Part shown: positions 54,801 through 64,000 of the stretch, piece after piece
Position numbering within the stretch: the first letter of the stretch is position 1
How the letters are laid out: every line of letters starts with the position of its first letter
NCBI GenBank assembly: GCA_002811645.1
Contig: PDIP01000105.1
Span: 94,573 to 158,572, forward strand
Reading direction: 5' to 3'
Length of the DNA: 64,000 nt
Source: Corallochytrium limacisporum Hawaii
Taxonomy: Eukaryota > Protista > Pluriformea
Program-made: the position numbers and the translations under genes
Notes under the pieces: generated by a model
Seen by the model: the letters and a program-made list of their open reading frames with translations, nothing else
What the model was told of the DNA's origin: nothing
Database searches by the model: none

Positions 54801-57800
54801 GGGCTAGTGGACAGGATCTTGCGGATCGGACATGGGCACCCATAGATCATTACACACTAAACTGCCAGTTCAGCCCGCCTTCAACAACATGCCGACCATG
54901 AACTTCTTGGAGATGTCCGATCATCCTGAGGAGTTCCCGATGGTGATGGTGAGCTTCTGACTGGGACGAAGGTGCGATGCCTAAGTGTGCTTTCCAGCAC
55001 GGTAGTTTTCCAGGACGATACTTCCGATCAAGGATCACGATCACGCCTCGCTTCCCTGCGTGAAGGCTTTCGATAAGGTCGACTGCCTTGTCAACGCTTA
55101 TTCACTAACAGGCTGCTTCGCGAGCGGTGGGGACCAGCCTAGCCTGGCAAAAATTCTGTGGATCGTCCCCACGGGCACCCCGCTCCCGTCTCCCCCCTCC
55201 AGCGCCGAACATACATAAAAAAAGGAACATTTCTTGTGTGATATACACCGCAAAGACCCATAGCCGTGAACTATTCTGTCCACAAAGATGTTGCGTATTG
55301 TCATTGCGTCGTTTGAGGGTCACCATCATTGTCGTCATGGCCTGTGCTTTTCACCACCAATCTATATTGCTCAAATTCGTCCTCGGACATCATCAACTTA
55401 AACACGTCCACATGAGTCACCGGGTCGTTGCCGGGTCCCGTGCGACCTCTTCGGTCAAGCTCATTGCCTTTTGTTTGCGCAATGTTCGTCATTTGACGAC
55501 GACTTCAAGTTTATTTCTGTTTCTCTCCGATGGCTCTATCTGCTTGCTCTCGTGCGTCCCTTAATTGCAGTACTCAATCATATGCCCTCGCTCCTAAGGG
55601 ATTGGGAGTGAGGCAGAAGAGAAGAGAAGAGAAGGGGGAGGGGGGCCGACGAACGGTCGGGTCGATCAGACCAGGGAATCAGGAACGTTTCGTTCTTCTC
55701 AGCGCCTGTTCCGTTTTGTACCACTCGTGCCCAAAAGCAAACAGTACATCACACCTCTCCGATCGCAGAAAAGGTGGGTCAAACCACTGGGTTGCAGTCA
55801 CCGCATTTTGTCCGAGCGCATGCGTCCCTCCACACCAATGCGGATCGAGTCCGCACCCAGTTTCAGTAGAAAATGTTCGAAGGTTCATTGCACAATTCTG
55901 GGAAAGGGGACAAATCCAAGAAGAAAATGTGGCTGACGTTGGGGTTGGCAGGGGACGCAGATATCCACCCACCATCGTAGAAAGGTGTGACTGAGTCTGC
56001 GCTATGCGGATTCATCACCAATCAGACCCTCAGACCCTCATAACATCAACGCAACACAATGAACGGTGGCTGTCAGCATCATCATAGGCTCCGCTACCGT
56101 ACATGGTAGTTCATAGCAGTACGCGATCGTGGCTGCCTTAAAACCTTTGCTAAGATGCGTGCGATGCATGAGGAGAATGGCAGGTTCCTCAATTTGGTAG
56201 ACAGTTAGAGATATTTGGAACCCCAGTCGGTCCCAAAAATCGTCAATCCCGGCAAACAGCAAGCAGGAAGCTGGTCATACTAAGCAGAGCTGAGACGATG
56301 CTCATGTGAGTGAGCATCAATTGTGCGTGTTTACGGAATTGGAGATACCATTCACAGGCGATGTCGAAAGAGATGCTTACTCATATGGTGGGTGTGAAAC
56401 AGCGCCCAAACCTTCATCATCATTCGCTAGTCATCGAGATATTCACACCAACAAGTATATTCGACCCCACCACATCCGGTCTATACATGGACATACACCT
56501 AGAGCATCATGCAGGTTCATAGTATGTCAGATAATGTATGGGGTGCATGTATGCACTTGCCGGAACGGGGGGCGTGTCCAAGAGTGACTAAAGTGCGTCC
56601 ATGATGATGATTTCCCAGTAGGCTGTCCCGTCCGAATTTCAAAGCAATAGGTCACACGTACCGTAATCCACCTTCAACCTGTGCTTGCTCACCCACCCAC
56701 CCACACAGATGACTGTCTCATTCTCACCAATGTGATCGGCTCAACAAACGACTTTGGGAACTGTAGACAGCCTGATCACACAAACATACCGGGAGACACG
56801 TTGGCACCATACGCTTGACATGGTGCCCATCATGGTGAACCTTTATCTCGAAGCCAGTAGCATCCCCTTTCGACTCTCAAATCAAACACCCAGTGCCTGA
56901 TCAGCAGATGCATTGGATGTTCAGCGCACGGCACCTGATGGATGACCCCTGGGTCCATTCAAGGGAGAGCCTACAGCCATGCCCCTCTCATGCCATACCA
57001 ATGCTACTGTCGCCAAAACCTAAAGAAGACAAGGAGGAAAAAACCCACGAGCCATGGGTCCCGTGCACAGAGAGTGAGAGAGGTTCATTACTAACTCCCA
57101 GCTCCCTCCTAACTTTCTTCCTTCCTTGTGGGGTAAGGCGTCTGCCTTATTTTGTTGGTGCCATCTTTTTTTCTTTTTGTTTTCCTTTTTTCCCAGTGCC
57201 CGACCAGCATTTGGCATACAAACACACCCTCTCTCTTCTTTTGACACCGGGCATACTGCTGCGCCATTCTTTCGACGATTCCAGAAAGTACGGATCCAAA
57301 GGGAAAATGCTGGGGCAGGCAATGTATTCCATATCGAAACCATTAATTAGCTTCTGGGGGCGTTGCTTGCATCGTGGTTGATGGTTGTGACCTGACATCA
57401 GGGCTGTGGCCCGTTACCTTAATTATACCTCTCCGCGTCTGGCCCTCCTCCCAATCTGCATACTAGATTAATGTATAGTTTACACAACAATTTTTGATTT
57501 TCTTACTTGCTTGGACATCAGAGCGGTATCGGTGTGCTGGGTGTGACCTTTCGTTGACATTGTCGATTCCTTACCCCGCACCATGTTGTTTGACCTCGTG
57601 CCCATGAACCGTACGATGAAGGTAGGCTTAACTCATTACCGTTGGCGTCGCAATTCTGTTTTGTTGTGTATATGTCAGGTGTTCGATCTCTCTCACTCGC
57701 TCCGTGTCTCTCTCGCACGCTCTCTTGTGGTCGGTTTGTGCCGTTTCGCTATCCGCGTCTACCTCGTATTCCGACTCAGTCACTAGCCCTACATTGGTAT

Positions 57801-59119
57801 CGCCACAGGGAAGGGGTACATCAAGCAAGGCACACGAATCAATGCAGACTGGTCACGCAAAAGATAAAAAGCAGGTGAGACCTGAACTGTGGTGGACGGC
57901 ATATTTAAACAATGAACAAAAAAATTGAAACCATGAACAGCCAGGAGAGACAAAAGGGTGGCGACAGCAGTAACAACATCATCACAAGGAAAAGCGAAAA
58001 GAAAAAAGTTTTCGGGCCCCGCTTACTTTTTTGCTCGTGTTTTATTCGCTCCCTCCTGACTGCGGGTCCTTGATGTTTGGTATTTATTTACAACAAAATC
58101 TCTCCGCCGTTCGCGGTTCCTCGTGGAGCTGCAGCATAGAAAGAGGAAAAAAACAGTTATGGCGATCGCAAAGCGCGCACGCACGTCCCTGCTTCTCTTC
58201 TCCCTCCCCCGGGGTCTCCGCCGCACCGGGGGTTTTACCATGTGTTTCAACCCCGAAATAAGGCAGTTTTCATCTCCAGAGCGTCGATCGATTGCTGCTC
58301 CTACTCCTGCCAGTTTTTGAATTGTTCATAAGTTTATGATAAATATATTGAATCTTGTCCAGAGCGCTTGGACCTAGCTCCCCGATCGTCTTCCTTCTGC
58401 GTGAGGGAATGTGATCTCATCGCATTCTTCCTCATCCCGCAGGAGCGGACGAGGACGGAGAGGGCACGTTCCTGAATCCTACATATACCAACACCGTCCC
58501 AGGTGATCTCAGTATCCAGTGTACAAGAGTTGTTATTCAGAGTATAGATCAATTAACTACCTATCGATGCTGGCGCCGATGCGCCACAAGACTGCCAGTA
58601 AAACGCGGCAGAGCCAGGTCCCACTCGCAGGTAGAATTCCATTATTTCACTACCGAATTTGATGATCGCTGGGCCGTGAGTCCAAACGACCCATCTCTTA
58701 CCCCTTTTCCCTTCCCTCTCACTCTCTCTCTCACTCACCAGTGCGTGTGCTGCCGCTGAGTTCTCCCCGATCGTGGCACTCTTGGCCTCCCCCCCCCCTT
58801 CACCCCGGTTGACAGCGTGGCACTCTCTTAGTTTCAGTACATTTATTACGGGTCAGAAAATTTTTTCTTCTGCGCCCGCTCTAAAGTTTCTCGATCTACC
58901 GCCGACTATCTAATCAGTGAATTCTGGTGTGTCGGACATAAAATGAAAATGAATAAACCGAGCAAGGATAGCAATTGCCAGTCTATGCCCGAGCACTCCT
59001 TGCTGCACCGACTGGGGCGGAAGAGGAGGAATGGGAAGGGGCGACGGGGAAGGGGGAGAGAGATCGAAGCCCTGTGTGCAACACACACCAAGAAACCCCC
59101 TACGAAAGTGAGAAATTGA

Positions 59120-59670
59120 GCAGGAGCAAAAGGGGGGGTGGAGGGAGGGGGAGGGGGGTTAATGCCAGAGTGGGAAAACCAAAGAAATCAGGAGGGAAAA
59201 AAAAAGAGTGGGGCGGAGCTCGAGCCGATCTGATTCTTCTTTGAACAGGACACCTCCCACCCCACGAAGGGTGGCGGATCGCGGAGAACGGGTCGTCAGT
59301 GCAGAGAAAGCTTTCCGGGACGAGTGAGGAGGTGGGGAGGGGGGAGAGGAGGAAGAGGAAAAAGGTCGAGAAGAAGCGGAAGAAAAAAAGGGGAAAAGAA
59401 AGGAAACGACGGGGACCAAAAAAGAAAAAAGACCCGGGTGAGGGAGACACCCCCCACCCTCCCCGCCGGCCACACCACCGCTGCGCCGGGGGGGGTCTGG
59501 GTTCCGAAAAAGTAAAGAAGAACGCGAATGTTTGTGGGTCCCCGCACCCAGAAAACTTTGGATAATTGAATGCGAGGCGGAAAAAAGAGAGGAGCGGGGA
59601 GTTGGAGGGGGGCCAGAAGGGGTGGGGGGGGAGGAGGGGGAGAGGCAAGAGAAGGGAATGGTGGAGAGAA

Positions 59671-59701
<31 letters not shown>

Positions 59702-59740
59702 GAAGGGAGAGGGGAGAGGGGAGGGATTGGAGGGGAGCCT
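59120..59740. promoter_or_regulatory. G/A-rich low-complexity region with multiple G-runs and (CA)n (59671-59696) upstream of the MARK kinase
   Basis: Direct read; G-quadruplex-compatible runs on the + strand. Confidence 0.45.
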
Positions 59741-60341
59741 GGTAGCGTTGCCGCAGTGAAGGGAAATTCCCGGTGCGGACCCTGTGTAAGACTGCACTCT
59801 AACGCCACAGCCTTTGTGAAGTTCCAAGCCTTGCCCATTTTGCTGCCTCCCATTCTTACTGCCGTAGTGGCCTGGTCTCCACACCCAGAGTCACCCACCA
59901 GATGATATGTTCTAATTTTACTTGAGTTGGTAGAATATGTGGGCTTAACTGTGTGCACAGTCTTGAAAAGATTGCCCACTTAGACCTGCCTTTTTTAAGA
60001 CACTCAGTTGTCATATAACATATGTAGCAGCGGCGAAGGTTTTTGAGACTGAGCATCTAACATGATCTGTCACCTTTCGACTGTCTTATTCATCCAGTGT
60101 CTCAACCCTGCCAAGGTGACATGCTACAAGAGATGTGAAAGCAACAGGGTCTATGAATGCGCAAAACAACATTCGGGAAGAATAGTGCTATCTCAGCAAG
60201 AGTTTATATTTACAAGGTTTAAATCTTTGTCTGGTAGATTGGAATATACAGGCTGTCGCAGTGGGCAATTAACAGCGCCAGGGATGACCATGAGGTCACC
60301 TTACAACTGATGTAACTGATATTAGGGAAAATACGGAAGCC

Positions 60342-62351
60342 ATGTCAACAACAGTGGAGTCAACTCAGTCAGCGCTGGCTGAGAAGCTGGCACAGTTGGA
60401 CATTCAGGTAAGCCACAATCTTCAACAGGGGAGCCTAGCAGAATATGTTCATGGAAATCCCCGCGTTGCAGAGTTTATGGGCCATTACCGTGTCGAGAAG
60501 ACCATTGGACAGGGTTCGTATGGCAAGGTTAAACTAGGGTGCCACAAATCAACTGGGCAGCACGTTGCACTCAAAGTGCTTATGAAACAGAATATCAAGT
60601 CGGCGAAAGCTTTTGGACGAGTACAGCGGGAAATTAGGTTCCTGAAACTTATGCATCACCCCCACATTGTGAAGCTCATGGATGTGATAGAGAACCAGGA
60701 CCGGTATGTCTTGGTCATGGAGTATGCATCAGGAGGAGAGCTATTTGATTATATTGTGTCACGGCGGCGGCTGAAAGATGCGGAGGCACGGCATTTCTTC
60801 CGTCAAATGTTATCGGCCGTGAGTTACTGCCATCAGAACTCACTCATTCATCGAGATCTCAAGCCTGAGAACTTACTTCTTGATGAGAATCGACAGATCA
60901 AAATCATTGACTTTGGTTTTAGTAACATGTTTTACCATGACAATATGATGGCCACATATTGTGGATCCCCATACTATGCAGCACCGGAAATGGTTTTGGG
61001 AAAGACGTACGTAGGACCTGAAGTTGACGTATGGTCCATGGGCATTATTCTGTATGCCTTGCTGTGTGGGTTCCTTCCATTTGACGATTCAAACGTGAAG
61101 AGGCTGTATGACAAGATTGTGGTTGGCACGTATCAATGCCCTCCCCACATGAGCCCGGAAGCAAAACATCTGCTAAGCAGAATGATTGTCGTAAATCGCA
61201 GAGATCGGGCAACCATTGAGGAGATTATGAAGCATCCTTGGACCAACCAGGACCACGATGGGCCACCCGATACATTTTTGCCCGAGCGTGGTCCTGTGGA
61301 TATGGATCTGGTGACGGAGGATGTTATTGAACAGATCGAATCCTTCGGCTTTGATCGCGACAAGGTCATCGACAGCTTAACAAATAATGTTCAAGGTCCG
61401 GAATTGGCCACGTATCATCTGATGTGTGAGCGCGCAGCCAGGGATGCCATAGCTGCTGCAGAAGAGCGGAGTAGACGCAAAGAGAGGAACGGTGACATGA
61501 ACGCCATTGACGAGGATGCCGACGGTGAACTTGATGACATGCCGACGGAATCTATGTTCCGTAATCCATCAATGAATCAATATGGACAACGCACAAACGC
61601 AGATGGTCATGCCCACGATCTCATGGCCGCCTTGCGGAAGGCTCGGGATGACAAGGGACCTCATCGTGCGGGGCCGTCAGCAGGCCCGACTAAGCATGGA
61701 TCTGAGTCTTCACTGAAGATTCGTGGACTAAGCCCTATGGTCGAAGAATCACCCAGCGTGACGACGTCCTCGGAAGAAATTTCCAGGAACAACAAGAAGC
61801 GTGGACGTACCATAAGTAAGAGTGAGAAGAAGACAGCCAAGAAGGTAAAGGAATCGGAGGATGCACAGGCTGTGGCAGAAGTCAATCAGGGCAACAAGCG
61901 TCGCTGGTCTCTTGACACCGCAATGGCCTCGCTTATTTCTGCCTTCCATCGGAACCGGCGCATCTCGTCTAGTGGCCTTGACAAGGACACGGCAGCTCTT
62001 GCCAAAGAAGTGGCCGCAAAGCGTAAAGCCGGAGGTGACTTTGAGATTCGCTCGGTACGGGGAGCCTTCAGTGTGTCCACAACGTCGACTCTGTCACCAC
62101 CGGATATCATTAAGGAGGTTAGTCGAGTATTGACCAGCAGCAACATCGATTTCGCGTGGAATGGCATGACGGTCGTGTGTGTTGAGCGTGCTCTAACCGG
62201 ACACCAGCTCCAGAACCCGATCCAGTTTGAAATTGAGATTTGTTCAGTGCCGAACATGAATATTTACGGCCTGAATCTGAAGCGCATTGCCGGTGACACC
62301 TGGCCGTACAAGCGCCTGTGTAACAGACTAATGCTCCAAATGCGTTTGTAA
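60342..62351 (+). CDS. MARK/Par-1/Kin1 family kinase (kinase + UBA + KA1)
   Basis: IGQGSYGKVK, EYASGGELFDYI, HRDLKPEN, TYCGSPYYAAPE, YVGPEVDVWS, UBA-like region, KA1 QFEIEIC...LKRIAGDTWPYKRLC. Confidence 0.93.
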   Translation: MSTTVESTQSALAEKLAQLDIQVSHNLQQGSLAEYVHGNPRVAEFMGHYRVEKTIGQGSYGKVKLGCHKSTGQHVALKVLMKQNIKSAKAFGRVQREIRFLKLMHHPHIVKLMDVIENQDRYVLVMEYASGGELFDYIVSRRRLKDAEARHFFRQMLSAVSYCHQNSLIHRDLKPENLLLDENRQIKIIDFGFSNMFYHDNMMATYCGSPYYAAPEMVLGKTYVGPEVDVWSMGIILYALLCGFLPFDDSNVKRLYDKIVVGTYQCPPHMSPEAKHLLSRMIVVNRRDRATIEEIMKHPWTNQDHDGPPDTFLPERGPVDMDLVTEDVIEQIESFGFDRDKVIDSLTNNVQGPELATYHLMCERAARDAIAAAEERSRRKERNGDMNAIDEDADGELDDMPTESMFRNPSMNQYGQRTNADGHAHDLMAALRKARDDKGPHRAGPSAGPTKHGSESSLKIRGLSPMVEESPSVTTSSEEISRNNKKRGRTISKSEKKTAKKVKESEDAQAVAEVNQGNKRRWSLDTAMASLISAFHRNRRISSSGLDKDTAALAKEVAAKRKAGGDFEIRSVRGAFSVSTTSTLSPPDIIKEVSRVLTSSNIDFAWNGMTVVCVERALTGHQLQNPIQFEIEICSVPNMNIYGLNLKRIAGDTWPYKRLCNRLMLQMRL

Positions 62352-62916
62352 GTGTGGGATGACACCATTAGGTCCCAGAGCGACACAATTCAAGAGAAAC
62401 CAACGAGATCACGTTGACCATTGTAGTTTGCTTGTTTCTAGAATACGTCTAGACACTTTTTCGTGTCTTCTTTCTGTACATATATAAATCGCCTATTCAG
62501 CGAGCAACTTCCTCTATTTTGATTACTTTAGTATTAGGCTGGTGAACACACCCCTCTCCGTTTCCCTCCTCCCCTCGCTCCCCCCGCTTAAAACTGCCGA
62601 CCGCAGTGATTGTGACCGCCGGCAAGGTCTCGCGGTTTTTTTTGGGGGGGGGGGGAGGAGAGCAGAGGAGCACGGACCCAGGTTTCTTCGTCAATGCAGT
62701 GCCTCTGGGAGGCAGGCTTGGTATTTCTGAACGAACGGTGGTGCATCGTTGGTATGCGACTATGTAATATACTGGTACAAGTTCAAAGTGACGGATAACT
62801 CTCTTATAGTGATAAGGAATAGATACAGAACAGGTGTGCAACTCCACAACATGTAATGCAAGTGAATTCACCAAGTGCCACAACGGCCAAACACAGATAT
62901 ATACAGAGGTAAAATT

Positions 62917-63663
62917 ATGTCTCAACTACGAATGCAGTTGACGCAAAGTCAGTTGCACAACTTGCATGATCGATGGGTTGGCCTGTTAAAGAATCGTCCT
63001 GGACTGGGTACATACACGGACTCCATATTAGAAGTATGGTGGCAAAAGATTAAGCACCTATACCAGGATGAGGCTCGATGTTACCACACTCTACATCATA
63101 TTCTTGAAATGTTTGAAGCGTACGATGCGAACCGGCACAATGTCCGCAATCAGGTTGCCACAGAGCTTGCTATCTGGTTCCACGACATTATATACAACCC
63201 GCGAGCCAACAATAACGAGATTCTTAGCATCAACGTCTTTTTGAACTTCAGTGTGGAGGTCAGCTTACCCACAGATATTACGGAAACTACTAAGCGTTTC
63301 ATTTACACTACGATCACCCACAAAACACCGGAGCACATGGACCAAGATCTTTTCGGCGGAGAGGATTTGCACTATTTCCTCGACATAGACATGGCAGTAT
63401 TGGGTAAGCCGAAGCGGCGATATATGCAGTACGCGAGCCAGGTACGAGAAGAGTACAAACATGTACCCCATGACCACTATTGCTTAGCTCGAAGCCGCCT
63501 GTTGCGGGATTTTCTGGGGCAGGCCAACATTTACGCAACCATGGACTTCCGTATGGACCTGGAAAGTAGGGCACGTGCGAACATTGAGACGGAGCTTGCC
63601 ATGCTCGAGGAAGGGATCATTCCCGGGTCATCATCTGACAAGGGCGACGCCATAGAGGCGTGA
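62917..63663 (+). CDS. Predicted metal-dependent HD-superfamily phosphohydrolase (COG4339-like)
   Basis: RCYHTLHHI, AIWFHDIIYNP, FLDIDMAVLG, YASQVREEY, ARANIETEL. First ATG is 62917. Confidence 0.85.
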   Translation: MSQLRMQLTQSQLHNLHDRWVGLLKNRPGLGTYTDSILEVWWQKIKHLYQDEARCYHTLHHILEMFEAYDANRHNVRNQVATELAIWFHDIIYNPRANNNEILSINVFLNFSVEVSLPTDITETTKRFIYTTITHKTPEHMDQDLFGGEDLHYFLDIDMAVLGKPKRRYMQYASQVREEYKHVPHDHYCLARSRLLRDFLGQANIYATMDFRMDLESRARANIETELAMLEEGIIPGSSSDKGDAIEA

Positions 63664-63731
63664 CCAGCGCTAGCTCGGAAATGTATAGCAAATCCATACA
63701 TTACATTCGTTTCTTTCTATTTTGACAATAG

Positions 63732-63901
63732 CTATGTGGCAGCCTGCTGCGCAATCTCTGCCTTGTACTCAGCGATCCTTCGGTCATTCTCTATCATCTC
63801 CCTAGCCAGGTCTATGTGGTAGTCAATGATCAGGTCCTTTTTCTGCGCCAAGGTGACCGATATCTGCTCAGTCTGAATGTGCTCCTTTGGTGGTTCTGTA
63901 C
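63732..63901 (-). CDS. Probable terminal coding exon of an unidentified gene whose 5' part lies beyond the window
   Basis: Protein-like frame (G)TEPPKEHIQTEQISVTLAQKKDLIIDYHIDLAREMIENDRRIAEYKAEIAQQAAT*. There is no N-terminal ATG, in-frame TGAs lie just upstream, and it is preceded by a TCGCAG acceptor. Confidence 0.55.
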
Positions 63902-63920
63902 CTGCGATTTTTGCTCAACA

Positions 63921-63954
63921 GTGAAGCGGCTCTCCCGCGGGGGAGCCGCTTCAC
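63921..63954. repeat. 34-bp near-perfect palindrome / hairpin
   Basis: GTGAAGCGGCTCTCCCGCGGGGGAGCCGCTTCAC is self-complementary except for one T-G pair. Confidence 0.9.
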
Positions 63955-64000
63955 AGATCAATACTTTTGGTTCTCCGTCGCCCCCCCCCGGCGCGGGGGG

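Noticed and set aside
59100-59979. ORFs of about 200-240 aa upstream of the MARK kinase
   Set aside because: Produced by purine/pyrimidine-skewed low-complexity promoter DNA and the (CA)n repeat
63905-63960. TGT-TGA (Cys-Sec-like) upstream of the orphan exon
   Set aside because: A second in-frame TGA and low-complexity sequence lie upstream; an intron explains it better and no SECIS is seen
2314-63963. Recurrent ATCAATA/TATTGAT word in intergenic regions
   Set aside because: Also occurs inside CDSs, and the count is near chance expectation for an AT-rich 7-mer

Overview
Gene-dense eukaryotic nuclear DNA with four N-gaps. The gene set (RalGAP-alpha, TALPID3-like, LRWD1-like, SPAG1, animal-type OSBP, Ypk1/Gad8-type AGC kinase) points to a unicellular opisthokont. 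An intron-poor holozoan such as Corallochytrium is my guess; this is inference only. There are 18 recognisable protein genes plus one orphan 3' exon at the right edge: SPAG1 (5' part, missed by the ORF track), AK2, TM9SF1, Ypk1/SGK-like kinase, ribophorin II, LRWD1-like WD40, TALPID3-like, OSBP, TOR, RalGAPA, mitochondrial RPS11, acyl-CoA oxidase, glycerol kinase, CPSF6-like, PSMC1, GatC, A20/AN1 zinc finger, MARK/Kin1 kinase and a COG4339 HD-domain protein. Three architectural patterns stand out. (1) Every complete CDS, including the 7.1 kb TOR, is a single uninterrupted ORF, yet canonical spliceosomal introns, mostly about 70-80 nt, are predicted in 5' leaders, including a chain of 4-5 introns upstream of TM9SF1. 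(2) Poly(dC)/poly(dG) tracts mark 5' intergenic regions and flank all four gaps, but are absent between convergent genes. (3) A 12.8 kb region without a recognisable gene lies between ZFAND and MARK and carries splice-like signals. All intron calls are by-eye predictions that need RNA-seq.
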